Part shown: positions 1-9,398 of the stretch, piece after piece
Position numbering within the stretch: position 1 is the first letter of the stretch
How the letters are laid out: each line of letters opens with the position of its first letter
Source of the DNA: Planctomycetota bacterium
GTDB lineage: Bacteria > Planctomycetota > UBA8108 > UBA1146
Direction of reading: 5' to 3'
Assembly (NCBI GenBank): GCA_018694835.1
Contig: JABHOG010000015.1
Coordinates: 7,362 to 71,361 of the forward strand
Length of the DNA: 64,000 nt
Made by a program: the position numbers and the translations under genes
The notes under the pieces: generated by a model
Told to the model about the DNA's origin: nothing
The model's input: the letters and a program-made list of their open reading frames with translations, nothing else
The model's database searches: none

Positions 1-1
1 A

Positions 2-544
2 CTGGAACGAGATCTCGCCGATGACACAGCGGTGCGCTCCAAGAAGGAGATCTCTCGAATGGAGAGAGAGCGGCGCAAGATCTTCAGGAACCTCGAAGGC
101 GTGAGGAACATGAACCGTATGCCCGGCGCGCTCATCGCCGTGGACATTCGTCGCGATGAAATTGCCGTCAAGGAAGCTCGGGGCCTGAACATTCCGATCA
201 TCTCCATCGTCGACACCGACTGCGATCCAAACATGGTCGACCTGCCGATCCCGGGCAACGATGACGCGTTCCGCAGTATTGAGGTGATCCTCAGCCAGCT
301 TGCGGATTCCATTATCGCGGGTAAGGACAAGTTGGAAGCGCGCCAGAAGGAAGAAGCGGCCAAGAAGGCATCCGTCGAGGAGACCTCAAGGCGCAAGGAG
401 AAGGAACGCAACGTCAACGTCGAAGAGGCGCGCGCCAAGCCTTTCACTCCGCCACAAGCCGCACCTGGTGTCGATCAACCGGCGGATACCAAGCCGAAGC
501 CAAAGATCGTGGTGGCACCGGATAAGAAAAAGACTGAGGAATAA
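2..544 (+). CDS. rpsB: 30S ribosomal protein S2, 5' truncated by window edge
   Basis: Motifs IAVKEARGLNIPIISIVDTDCDP and PIPGNDDAFRSI; sits directly upstream of tsf. Confidence 0.97.
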   Translation: MERDLADDTAVRSKKEISRMERERRKIFRNLEGVRNMNRMPGALIAVDIRRDEIAVKEARGLNIPIISIVDTDCDPNMVDLPIPGNDDAFRSIEVILSQLADSIIAGKDKLEARQKEEAAKKASVEETSRRKEKERNVNVEEARAKPFTPPQAAPGVDQPADTKPKPKIVVAPDKKKTEE

Positions 545-631
545 TCTCACCTCACTATCCTCCAGGGGACCGAGGTCAGTAAATTTGAGATATCCGCCGA
601 GGATGAAACCCGGCGAAGAAATGGACAAAGC

Positions 632-1222
632 ATGAGTGAGATCAGCGCAAAAACCGTGGCCGAATTGCGCAAGCAAACCGGCGTCGGGATGATGGAGTGC
701 AAGAAGGCTCTCGGTGAAACTGACGGAAACATCGATCAAGCGATCGACCTGCTGCGGAAGCGGGGAGCCGAGATGGCTGCCAAGAGGTCTGACCGGGCGA
801 CCAACCAGGGTTGGGTCGGATCTTATATCCATTCCAATGGCAGGATCGGCGTCATCGTGGAAGTGCTCTGTGAGACCGATTTCGTGGCCAAGAATGAGAT
901 GTTCCAGGTCTTGATTCGCGATATCGCAATGCACATCGCAGCGATGAATCCGATGGCCATTGCTCCCTCCGATCTCGATCCTGAGTTGATAGAGCGCGAG
1001 CGTTCCGTCTTCGCCGAGCAGGTCAAAGACAAACCGGAGCACATCCAGGGCAACATCGTTGAGGGCAAGTTACAGAAGTACTACAGCGAGGTTTGCCTGC
1101 TCAATCAGGCTTTCATCAAGGAAGACAAGAAAAGTATCGAGCAGGTCATCCAGGATGCGGTCGGGACCATCGGTGAGAACATCCAGTTGACCCGTTTCCA
1201 CCGGTTGGAGATTGGCCAGTAG
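632..1222 (+). CDS. tsf: Translation elongation factor Ts (short form)
   Basis: VAELRKQTGVGMMECKKAL and EVLCETDFVA motifs; rpsB-tsf-pyrH-frr synteny. Confidence 0.98.
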   Translation: MSEISAKTVAELRKQTGVGMMECKKALGETDGNIDQAIDLLRKRGAEMAAKRSDRATNQGWVGSYIHSNGRIGVIVEVLCETDFVAKNEMFQVLIRDIAMHIAAMNPMAIAPSDLDPELIERERSVFAEQVKDKPEHIQGNIVEGKLQKYYSEVCLLNQAFIKEDKKSIEQVIQDAVGTIGENIQLTRFHRLEIGQ

Positions 1223-1257
1223 GCCGGTATTTCGAGTAACGCCAGCGGAATGGAACT

Positions 1258-1977
1258 ATGCGCATGGGCAAGGGCACGACCAGACGGGTGTTACTCAAAT
1301 TAAGTGGTGAAGCCCTCGGTGGGCCAGCGGGAATCGGCCTCGACTTCGAGGCACTCGGCGCAGTTTCAGAACAGATCGCTCGAGCCGCCCACGAGATACA
1401 GATCGCCATCGTGGTCGGTGCGGGAAACCTCTGCCGAGGCGCAGACTGGTCCTCTGATAAGGTGCACAGGGCAGATGCTGACGCCATTGGCATGGCTGCT
1501 ACCCATGTCAACGCACTGGCTCTTCGAGCTCATCTCCAGATACACGATTGTCCTTCTGAGGTTATGGGAGCGGGTTCTCCGGTTCCTCAGGTCCAGCCTT
1601 TTGACTCCACAAAAGCTCGCCAGATGCTGTCCTCGGGGACCACCATGGTCTTTTCTGGAGGAACCGGGAATCCGTTCTTCACCACAGATACCTGTGCAGC
1701 GCTACGAGCCGCTGAACTCGATTGTGTCGAGTTGCTCAAAGGAACCAAGCATGACGGCATTTACGACCAGGACCCCGCCCTGCACCCGGATGCCAAGAAA
1801 CTCGAGATTACCACCTTTGATCATGTGCTGGACGCAGGATTGAAGGCGATGGACGCCTCGGCGTTCACCCTTTGCCGGGATCAACAGATTTCTCTTCGAA
1901 TCTTTGACATGACCCGTGAACATGCCATATTCGAGGCAATTACTGGAGACCCTGTCGGCTCGCTGATCGAGAGTTGA
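1258..1977 (+). CDS. pyrH: UMP kinase (start may be ATG 1264)
   Basis: RVLLKLSGEAL and GGTGNPFFTTDT motifs; synteny. Confidence 0.97.
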   Translation: MRMGKGTTRRVLLKLSGEALGGPAGIGLDFEALGAVSEQIARAAHEIQIAIVVGAGNLCRGADWSSDKVHRADADAIGMAATHVNALALRAHLQIHDCPSEVMGAGSPVPQVQPFDSTKARQMLSSGTTMVFSGGTGNPFFTTDTCAALRAAELDCVELLKGTKHDGIYDQDPALHPDAKKLEITTFDHVLDAGLKAMDASAFTLCRDQQISLRIFDMTREHAIFEAITGDPVGSLIES

Positions 1978-2009
1978 TTTGATTCATTAATCCTGAAGCG
2001 TGGAGGTTC

Positions 2010-2567
2010 ATGGTGGAAGAAGTCATTCTGGATGCTGAGGAGCGGATGTCCAAGGCTCTCGACCATCTCCGTGAGGAGATGCGTGGAATGAGAACCGGAC
2101 GGGCACACCCGGGACTGGTCGAATCGATCCGTGTCGATTATTACGGAACACCGACTCCCCTCAAGCAACTGGCCAATATCTCGGTTCCTGAACCTGATCA
2201 ACTGGTCATCAAGCCCTTCGATGTCAGCGCAATGAGTGATATCGAAAAGGGGATCCAATCCTCCGACCTGGGGATCACCCCCCAGAATGATGGGAAATTG
2301 ATCCGCCTGAGGGTTCCTCCACTCTCCGAGGAACGTCGAAAACAGATGGTTTCCCGGGCCAAGGAGGTCGCCGAGGAATCGAAAATCTCGATGCGGAATA
2401 TCCGTCGAGATGCCAACAAACACATCGATACTTCCAAGAAGGACGGGGATCTGTCCGAGGACGACCAGTCTCGATTCAAGGATCAGGTCCAGGAAGTCCT
2501 CAAAACGGTTGAGAAACAGGTCGATGCTGACCTGAAACGAAAAACAGAAGAATTGATGGAGATCTAA
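2010..2567 (+). CDS. frr: Ribosome recycling factor
   Basis: RTGRA, VDYYGTPTPL, PPLSEERRK and RNIRRDAN motifs. Confidence 0.98.
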   Translation: MVEEVILDAEERMSKALDHLREEMRGMRTGRAHPGLVESIRVDYYGTPTPLKQLANISVPEPDQLVIKPFDVSAMSDIEKGIQSSDLGITPQNDGKLIRLRVPPLSEERRKQMVSRAKEVAEESKISMRNIRRDANKHIDTSKKDGDLSEDDQSRFKDQVQEVLKTVEKQVDADLKRKTEELMEI

Positions 2568-2585
2568 TCTGCCATCGGGAAGCGA

Positions 2586-2614
2586 TTGACGGGTCCGTCA
2601 GGGCTCGGTACATT
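2586..2614 (+). promoter_or_regulatory. sigma70-type promoter of the tRNA pair
   Basis: TTGACG-17 nt-TACATT, ending 11 nt before tRNA-Lys. Confidence 0.75.
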
Positions 2615-2625
2615 TCTGCGTTACG

Positions 2626-2698
2626 GGGAGCATAGCTCAGTCGGTAGAGCAACGCCCTTTTAAGGCGTCGGTCGTTGGTTCGAACCCAACTGCTCTCA
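2626..2698 (+). tRNA. tRNA-Lys (UUU), CCA not encoded
   Basis: Acceptor GGGAGCA/TGCTCTC, D arm GCTC/GAGC, anticodon arm ACGCC-CTTTTAA-GGCGT, T loop TTCGAAC. Confidence 0.96.
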
Positions 2699-2709
2699 CT
2701 TGAAATCGA

Positions 2710-2787
2710 GGCCCCATCGTCTAGTCAGGTCTAGGACATCAGGTTTTCATCCTGAGAACAGGGGTTCGAATCCCCTTGGGGTCACCA
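2710..2787 (+). tRNA. tRNA-Glu (UUC), CCA encoded
   Basis: Acceptor GGCCCCA/TGGGGTC, anticodon arm TCAGG-TTTTCAT-CCTGA, T arm AGGGG-TTCGAAT-CCCCT, ends ACCA. Confidence 0.96.
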
Positions 2788-2793
2788 TATTCT

Positions 2794-2836
2794 GGGGGTC
2801 GGTGTTGTCCTGCATCGGCCCCTCTTTCTTTTTTCT
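2794..2836 (+). terminator. Intrinsic terminator after the tRNAs
   Basis: GGGGTCGGTGT/GCATCGGCCCC stem followed by TCTTTCTTTTTTCT. Confidence 0.8.
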
Positions 2837-3006
2837 AGTCACGTCTACCGCGCTCAATCCCGTGTGATCTACCAGCAGGGGCTACTGAGTACGACAACTT
2901 CCCTCGATCTCTTGAATCCACCCACAGGAATCAATTCTCGTAGTCGGCTCGACTGTGTACCATCTTCCCTGACGATTTCGAAAATCATCAAGGAGAGGTT
3001 TCACAG

Positions 3007-4173
3007 ATGGAACAATTCGAGGGCTCAGACTTTTACAACCTGGATGATCTACTCACCGAAGAACAGAGATTGATCCGTGATACTGTTCGTGAGTTTGTCG
3101 ATGACCAGGTGGTCCCGTGCATCGAAGATTGTTTCATGACGGACCGCTTTCCCCTGCAGATCATTCCTACGCTTGGTGAGTTGGGACTACTCGGAGCAAA
3201 TCTCAACGGATATGACTGTGCAGGTCTCGATAACATTTCATACGGTTTGATCATGCAGGAACTGGAGCGTGGCGACAGCGGCGTGCGTTCCTTTGTCAGC
3301 GTCCAGGGCGGTCTCGTGATGTATCCCATTCATCGCTATGGATCCGATGAGCAGAAAGATAAGTTTCTACCGCAGTTAGCCAGCGGAAAGATGATCGGAT
3401 GTTTCGGACTGACCGAACCCGATCATGGTTCCGATCCGAGTGGGATGATCACTCATGCGGTCGAGGATGGTGATGAGTACGTCCTCAATGGCAACAAGAT
3501 GTGGATCACCAACGGATGTATCAGTGACGTGGCTGTGGTCTGGGCCAAGTTGGACGACCGAATCCGTGGATTCCTGGTCGAGAAGGGAAGCCCTGGATTC
3601 ACCACGACCAAACAGGAGAAGAAGTTCTCCTTACGGGCTTCGACCACATCGGAGTTGCACTTCCAGGATTGCCGGATTCCCAAGGCGAATTTGTTACCCG
3701 GTGCCGATGGTCTGGCTGGACCGCTCACCTGCTTGACCCAGGCTCGTTACGGTATTGCATGGGGGGTCGTGGGTTCTGCCATGGCCTGCTTTGATGCTGC
3801 CAAGAAGTACTCCCTCAGTCGCATCCAGTTCGACCGTCCCATCGGTGGTTTCCAGCTGGTTCAGGCCAAACTTGCCGAGATGCTATCCGAGATCACCAAG
3901 GCTCAGTTGCTGTGTCTTCGCCTGGCTCAATTGAAGGATTCGGGCAAGATGACTGCCCAGCAAGTCTCCCTGTCCAAGCGAAACAATGTGTACTGGGCAC
4001 TGGAGATCGCCAGATCCGCTCGAGATCTACTCGGTGCCAATGGTGTGACTCACGAGTATCCGGTCGGTCGGCACATGCTCAACCTGGAATCGGTCAAGAC
4101 ATACGAAGGAACTCACGACATCCATACTTTGATTCTGGGACATGAAATCACCGGGATCCCTGCATACAAGTGA
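3007..4173 (+). CDS. gcdH: Acyl-CoA dehydrogenase, glutaryl-CoA dehydrogenase-like
   Basis: GCFGLTEPDHGSDP, ELERGDSGVRS and C-terminal TYEGTHDIH; AGGAG RBS. Confidence 0.88.
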   Translation: MEQFEGSDFYNLDDLLTEEQRLIRDTVREFVDDQVVPCIEDCFMTDRFPLQIIPTLGELGLLGANLNGYDCAGLDNISYGLIMQELERGDSGVRSFVSVQGGLVMYPIHRYGSDEQKDKFLPQLASGKMIGCFGLTEPDHGSDPSGMITHAVEDGDEYVLNGNKMWITNGCISDVAVVWAKLDDRIRGFLVEKGSPGFTTTKQEKKFSLRASTTSELHFQDCRIPKANLLPGADGLAGPLTCLTQARYGIAWGVVGSAMACFDAAKKYSLSRIQFDRPIGGFQLVQAKLAEMLSEITKAQLLCLRLAQLKDSGKMTAQQVSLSKRNNVYWALEIARSARDLLGANGVTHEYPVGRHMLNLESVKTYEGTHDIHTLILGHEITGIPAYK

Positions 4174-4275
4174 CCGGTAACAGTGTGGATGTGACCTCTC
4201 TTGCGCTTTCGGTTATGATCTAGCAGTGATAATTCCTTCTTTGCTGTTCACGATCGAGAGGAAGCGGGGTAACGG

Positions 4276-6534
4276 TTGAGCGCGTCATCTGATTTCATCA
4301 ACAAGTTCAGGCGGAACTCACTCGATCGCTTCGAGGACAGGCACCGGATCCGTAGCATTTCCGGCTTCATCGAAGATTTCCTGGTGAATCCTTATTCGTA
4401 TCTTAGAAATTCTCCCCGTTATCTTTGCGACATGTTTGAGCACTACGGTACCGAAGAAGTCCAGAGGATCGGAATGACGGACCGGCGCTGGAAACTCTTT
4501 GATCAGGATTTTGGTCGTCAGGAAGATTCCCTGGTGGCGCAGGAGCGGGTCCAAAACTCCATCTACTCGAAGTTACGTCAGTTTGCCCGAAACGGCATCG
4601 CTGACCGCCTGATCCTTCTTCACGGCCCCAACGGGTCCGCCAAATCGACCACCATCCAGTCGATCATGCACGCCATGACCCATTACAGCACCCTGCCCGA
4701 GGGGGCGATGTATCGATTCAACTGGATCTTCCCGCTCAAGTCGGATGACGTCAGTCGAATCGGCTTCGAGGAGTCCGAGCACGATGAGATGGGTACCTAC
4801 GCTTTCCTCAAGCCAAAGGAGATTGGCTCGGTGATCCGCTGCGAGTTGAAGGATTCGCCATTGTTCCTGATTCCGCGGCAAGAGCGTAAGGAATTGATCG
4901 ATGAGGCACTGATCGCTCACCCTGAGATCGCTGACATGGAACACTTCAGTTACGAGTGGGCTATTCATGGGGATCTGAGTCAGAAAAGCAAATGGATCTA
5001 CGAGGCACTACTCGCCGCAAATCAAGGGGACTGGACCGAGGTGATGCGTTACATCCAGGTCGAACGATTCTTCCATTCCAAGCGGTATCGGCTGGGCTGC
5101 ATCAGCATTGAACCCCAGGCGAACATCGATGCACAGACTAGGATGATGGGATATGAAGGTACCGGACTACCTGGCGTTCTCCATGGCATTCCACTCTTCG
5201 AACTGGACGGGGAACTGGTCGATGCCAATCGAGGACTCTGTGAATATTCCGATTTCCTCAAAAGACCACCGGAGACCAATAAATACCTGCTGACCACCTC
5301 TGAGAAGGGCACCATCCAGTTGCCCAATTATCGTGCCCATCTCGACATCGTCTTGACCGGCACGGCCAACGAGAAACAATTGAACCTGTTCAAGCGGACC
5401 CCTGACTTCTCCTCCTTCAAGGGAAGGCTCAATTTCGTTCGGGTTCCCTACTTGCTTCAGTACTCTCGAGAAGCAGATCTCTACCGACGGAACCTGGACG
5501 TTCACTCGACCACACGGTCTGTGGCTCCCCACACTGCCGAGATGACTGCGTTGTGGGCTGTCCTGACTCGACTGAAGCGCCCCTCTCCAAAGAACCACCG
5601 TCCTGATCTCGCTCCCATCGTTTCGAAGCTCACGCCGATTCAAAAGGCGTTGCTTTACGATCATGGCGCCATGCCTGACGATCTGAAGAATGACGAAAAA
5701 ATGCTACTCAATAGCAGTATCCGACAACTGCGTGAGGAACATGACGAGGCCGAAGGTGAGTTCGAAGGGATCTACGGATCCGAATACGAGGGGCGTAGAG
5801 GGGCATCTCCGCGCGAGATGATCACCTTGATCGCTCTCGCTGCAGAAGACAAATCCTGGGACACACTTTCCCCCTTGTCCGTCTTCACGGAGTTGGAAAA
5901 GTTCATCAATGAATCCAGTGTCCATGACTTTCTTCGATTGCCTGTCGATAACGGCTACAACGATTACATGAAGTTCATCGATGTGGTTCGCCAGCACTAC
6001 CTCGCGCTGGTCCAATCAGAGGTGTTCGATAGCATCGGCTTGGTTGAGGATCACGAGTTCGATCGAGTGTTCACCGACTACTTCCGGCAACTCAAAGCAC
6101 TCGATCCTTCGGCGAGTCTGTATCCTGTGAATCGCGACACCTCGTTGAACTCATCCAATTCGATCAATCGTGTTGAAGAACTTTTGAATGTTCAGGTAGC
6201 GGCCGATTTCAGGTCCAATGTACTCAGCAAACTGGGCGCTTACGCTACCGAGAATCCCGAGTCGGTGATTCATTATCACGAGTTGTTCCCCGATCTTTTC
6301 CGCAAGTTAAAGCACTCGATCTGGGCGGAGAAGTCGGATCAGTTGGAGATGGCTCTGGTGAATATCCAGAAGTCCTTCAGCGAGGAGCATGGAGAACTCT
6401 CTGTCGATCAAATTACGATGGTCGAGAATACCCTGATCAAACTGAGAGAATCCTATGGCTACGACAATCAAAGCGCCCAGGACATCATAGGATTCATCAT
6501 CAGCAGCCAACGCATCCAGGAGAACTTGGAGTGA
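4276..6534 (+). CDS. PrkA/YeaG-family AAA+ 'serine kinase'
   Basis: Walker A LHGPNGSAKST, GELVDANRGLCEYSDFLKRP, APHT and GASPRE motifs. Confidence 0.85.
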   Translation: MSASSDFINKFRRNSLDRFEDRHRIRSISGFIEDFLVNPYSYLRNSPRYLCDMFEHYGTEEVQRIGMTDRRWKLFDQDFGRQEDSLVAQERVQNSIYSKLRQFARNGIADRLILLHGPNGSAKSTTIQSIMHAMTHYSTLPEGAMYRFNWIFPLKSDDVSRIGFEESEHDEMGTYAFLKPKEIGSVIRCELKDSPLFLIPRQERKELIDEALIAHPEIADMEHFSYEWAIHGDLSQKSKWIYEALLAANQGDWTEVMRYIQVERFFHSKRYRLGCISIEPQANIDAQTRMMGYEGTGLPGVLHGIPLFELDGELVDANRGLCEYSDFLKRPPETNKYLLTTSEKGTIQLPNYRAHLDIVLTGTANEKQLNLFKRTPDFSSFKGRLNFVRVPYLLQYSREADLYRRNLDVHSTTRSVAPHTAEMTALWAVLTRLKRPSPKNHRPDLAPIVSKLTPIQKALLYDHGAMPDDLKNDEKMLLNSSIRQLREEHDEAEGEFEGIYGSEYEGRRGASPREMITLIALAAEDKSWDTLSPLSVFTELEKFINESSVHDFLRLPVDNGYNDYMKFIDVVRQHYLALVQSEVFDSIGLVEDHEFDRVFTDYFRQLKALDPSASLYPVNRDTSLNSSNSINRVEELLNVQVAADFRSNVLSKLGAYATENPESVIHYHELFPDLFRKLKHSIWAEKSDQLEMALVNIQKSFSEEHGELSVDQITMVENTLIKLRESYGYDNQSAQDIIGFIISSQRIQENLE

Positions 6535-6608
6535 ACCAGCGGGCATGGCGCCTGGACCGTTTTTCACCCGGCCTCACTTCACCAAGGCATCCGTTCAGTA
6601 ATCTCTGA

Positions 6609-7697
6609 TCAAATGCCCTTGCGAGACGTGCGAAACCCAGGAGTGCTATCGGATAACTGTTCGAGCCAGCGGCGGAAGAAGCCCATTTCTCCCGGGTCTA
6701 CCTGGGGAGTGTCCCCATCGAGATCGCCGATCGATTCGCGAATCCTTTGAATCACCGTATCTTCGGTCAACCCCTCTGCCTCCGCGTGAACACTGAGTAC
6801 GACCCGGTGTCGAAGCGACGGCAAGATCACGTCATCGAGGTCTTGTGCGATCACGGTGTTGCGTCCCTGTAAGGCAGCCCTCGCCCGGGCGGTTCTCAGG
6901 ATCGTCTGGATTCCGCGCGGACCCGCTCCATAAGCCAGTAACTCCGCTGCAACCGGACTGCCATCTTGCTCCGCGGGTCGAGTGGAGCGCACAATCCTGG
7001 TCGCACGAAGAAGCGCCCAGTTGGGGATCTCGACCTTTTCGACCTCCTCGATGGCCTGAGTGAGCCAGGCTCCTGGCACGACCGGTTTCAAGGATGATTC
7101 AGGACGAGATGTAGTGGTCGAGACCACATCCAGTTCCTCCTCGGCATCGGGGTAATCGAGGATGACCTGAAAGGCGAATCGATCCAGTTGAGTGAAGGGG
7201 AGAGGGTAGGTCCCTTCCTGATCCAGCGGGTTCTGAGTCGCCATGACGAAGAAGGGGGACGGTAGGGAATGACAATCTCCCATGACCGTGACCTGGCCCT
7301 CCTCCATCGCCTCCAGAAGGGCCGCTTGGGTCTTCGGAGGGGTTCGGTTGATCTCGTCTCCCAGCAACAAGTTGGCGAAGATGGGGCCTTTTCTGAAGCG
7401 AAAGGTGCGATCTCCCGTATCCACATCCGAGGTCAAGATGGAGGTGCCTGTGATGTCCTGGGGCATCAGATCGGGTGTGAACTGTACCCTGCTGAATTGA
7501 AGATCCAGAAGTTCAGCAAGAGAGCGAATCATCAACGTCTTGGCCAGTCCTGGAACACCGATCACCAGGACGTGACCACCGGAAAAAAAGGCCGTAAGAA
7601 CCTGCTGAATGATGTCATCTTGACCGATGATTCGCGTGGCGAGGCCGTCTCGCACTCGTTTCTGCAATTCGGCTACGCCAACGTACTCAGTCTCCAT
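6609..7697 (-). CDS. MoxR-family AAA+ ATPase (start taken at METEYVG, overlapping the mazG end)
   Basis: GVPGLAKT, RVQFTPDLMPQDI, DEINRTPPKTQAALLEAMEE, ATQNP, YPLP..QLDRF. Confidence 0.93.
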   Translation of the reverse strand: METEYVGVAELQKRVRDGLATRIIGQDDIIQQVLTAFFSGGHVLVIGVPGLAKTLMIRSLAELLDLQFSRVQFTPDLMPQDITGTSILTSDVDTGDRTFRFRKGPIFANLLLGDEINRTPPKTQAALLEAMEEGQVTVMGDCHSLPSPFFVMATQNPLDQEGTYPLPFTQLDRFAFQVILDYPDAEEELDVVSTTTSRPESSLKPVVPGAWLTQAIEEVEKVEIPNWALLRATRIVRSTRPAEQDGSPVAAELLAYGAGPRGIQTILRTARARAALQGRNTVIAQDLDDVILPSLRHRVVLSVHAEAEGLTEDTVIQRIRESIGDLDGDTPQVDPGEMGFFRRWLEQLSDSTPGFRTSRKGI

Positions 7698-8586
7698 CAG
7701 ATCCCACTTTCGAGTTCTCATCGGTTTCGCTGCTTCGCGGCTCTCGCTGCTGTGATTTCCCCTGCTGATACCACTCTTCCAGTTGCTCCAGCTCGAACTT
7801 CTGTTCCGATCCGCTACGACGCTGATCGATTTGTGCATCGACCTCTTGGAAACGTTGACGAAATCTCTCCAGGGCATCGATGAGAGTCTGTTCGCCATCG
7901 AAGTCGAGTTTTCGAGAAACACTGGAGGCGGCAAAGAACAGATCACCCAGTTCGTGTCCGATCGCCTCGCGATCACCACTGTCGATCGCTTCCTTCAACT
8001 CGGCCAGTTCTTCCTCGACCTTGCCGAGCGCGCCGTCGACGTCGGGCCAGTCAAATCCCACATCTGCAACCATCTTGCCGACACGGTCGGCGCGAGACAA
8101 GGCGGGTAACGAGGCGGGGAGTGGTCGAATGGTAGCGGGTCGACGATCTTCCTCACCCTTTTCCTGCTGCTTGATCCGATCCCAATTCCTTCGTACCGCA
8201 TCGGGATCCTTCGCCTCACCATCGCCAAAAACGTGCGGGTGGCGTCGGATCAACTTCTCCGAGATGCCCTCGGCCAGCTGTTCGAGGGTGAATTGACCCT
8301 CTTCCTCGGCGATTCGGGCCTGTAGATGGATGTTCATCAGCAGATCCCCCAGTTCCTCGCAGATCTTGACTGGATCTGCGCCGCTGATCGCCTCTGCAGC
8401 CTCGTGAGCCTCCTCCAGCAGGAATGGGCGCAGCGTTTCAGGAGTCTGTTGAAGATCCCATGGACAGCCTCCAGGAGATCTCAGTCGATCGATGATTCCC
8501 TTGAGGCGAGCCATTTCGTTCATCGGAGCCGGTTCGATCTGCCACTCGGGGGGATCGGGAGATCGCGAATTCATCGATGATGTCAC
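7687..8586 (-). CDS. mazG: Nucleoside triphosphate pyrophosphohydrolase MazG
   Basis: LRSPGGCPWD, EELGDLL, KLIRRHPHVF, GFDW and second ELGDLFF domain. Confidence 0.95.
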   Translation of the reverse strand: MTSSMNSRSPDPPEWQIEPAPMNEMARLKGIIDRLRSPGGCPWDLQQTPETLRPFLLEEAHEAAEAISGADPVKICEELGDLLMNIHLQARIAEEEGQFTLEQLAEGISEKLIRRHPHVFGDGEAKDPDAVRRNWDRIKQQEKGEEDRRPATIRPLPASLPALSRADRVGKMVADVGFDWPDVDGALGKVEEELAELKEAIDSGDREAIGHELGDLFFAASSVSRKLDFDGEQTLIDALERFRQRFQEVDAQIDQRRSGSEQKFELEQLEEWYQQGKSQQREPRSSETDENSKVGSDGD

Positions 8587-8703
8587 CCTTCTTCTGTCGT
8601 CCAGAACTGGACATCGGTCGTCCTGTGTTCAATACAGGATCGGTGAACGGGGCCTCTGGATCAAGGGAAGAGGAGAGTTCTCCGCCTCCCCACGCATTCC
8701 CGA

Positions 8704-8719
8704 TGGCACGACCATTGCT
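8704..8719 (+). promoter_or_regulatory. sigma54 (-24/-12) promoter
   Basis: TGGCACG-ACCA-TTGCT, exact match to the TGGCACG-N4-TTGCW consensus; intergenic. Confidence 0.75.
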
Positions 8720-8729
8720 CGATCCATCT

Positions 8730-8960
8730 CGCCCCCGGTGAAGGTCACCACGGAGGTGGAGCCTCATCGGGGAGCCTCACCGGACAGCCTCATCCGGCAG
8801 TTTCACGGGGCCCACGAAGCTCACGGGAGCTCACGAAGCTCACGGAGCCTTGATCGATCGTTGGATCTTGCGAGTTCGATCCGCGTCTGACCCGATCGAA
8901 GGGTAAAGTTCGCAACGGAGGGGTCGGGATGTGCCGGGTGGGAACGGATCCCACTCGGGC
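8730..8960 (+). ncRNA. Candidate CsrB/RsmZ-like sRNA
   Basis: No credible ORF; about 12 GGA triplets, four ACGGA, several in hairpin loops (CACC-ACGGA-GGTG; CCGGGTGGGA-ACGGA-TCCCACTCGG); sigma54 motif directly upstream; 3' end uncertain. Confidence 0.55.
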
Positions 8961-9023
8961 CAGTAGTCAGTTGGATTCCTCTCGCCAGTGGAAACTACAC
9001 TTCCAGGCCCCTCTTCTACCGAT

Positions 9024-9398
9024 CTACTGGCGGTCGATCACGATCGCTCGGGAAGGGACCTTGCCACCCCTCAGATCGACCAGCCGCACGTTTTTATCGG
9101 TATCCTGGAACACCATCGTGTAATTGCCCGAGGTCCCGTTGACCGTGATCAGCTCGCCAAATTCAGTGGGTACCGTTCCCGCCTGGGTGAAATTCCACCG
9201 GGGCTTCTTTTTCGATTGTGCCTCGGCGGTGGAAGTTGACCCCGGGGAAACCCCTTGCCAGGCACTGAGAGCGAAGATTCCGACCAGCATTCCTGCACCA
9301 AAGATCACCAGAGAGAATGCTCGAATCGAGCTACGATGCGGTGGAATCGGTGGATTTGGCCCGCAAGAGGCTTGAGGAGATGGATGACTACTGAACAT
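9024..9398 (-). CDS. Hypothetical membrane-anchored/exported protein
   Basis: Hydrophobic segment AFSLVIFGAGMLVGIFALSAW then a small beta-rich domain; AAAGGG RBS. Confidence 0.7.
   Translation of the reverse strand: MFSSHPSPQASCGPNPPIPPHRSSIRAFSLVIFGAGMLVGIFALSAWQGVSPGSTSTAEAQSKKKPRWNFTQAGTVPTEFGELITVNGTSGNYTMVFQDTDKNVRLVDLRGGKVPSRAIVIDRQ

Noticed and set aside
8758-8852. GCTCACG-type tandem repeats as a CRISPR array
   Set aside because: Units are only 9-14 nt, degenerate, with no unique spacers and no cas genes; better explained as GGA-loop hairpins
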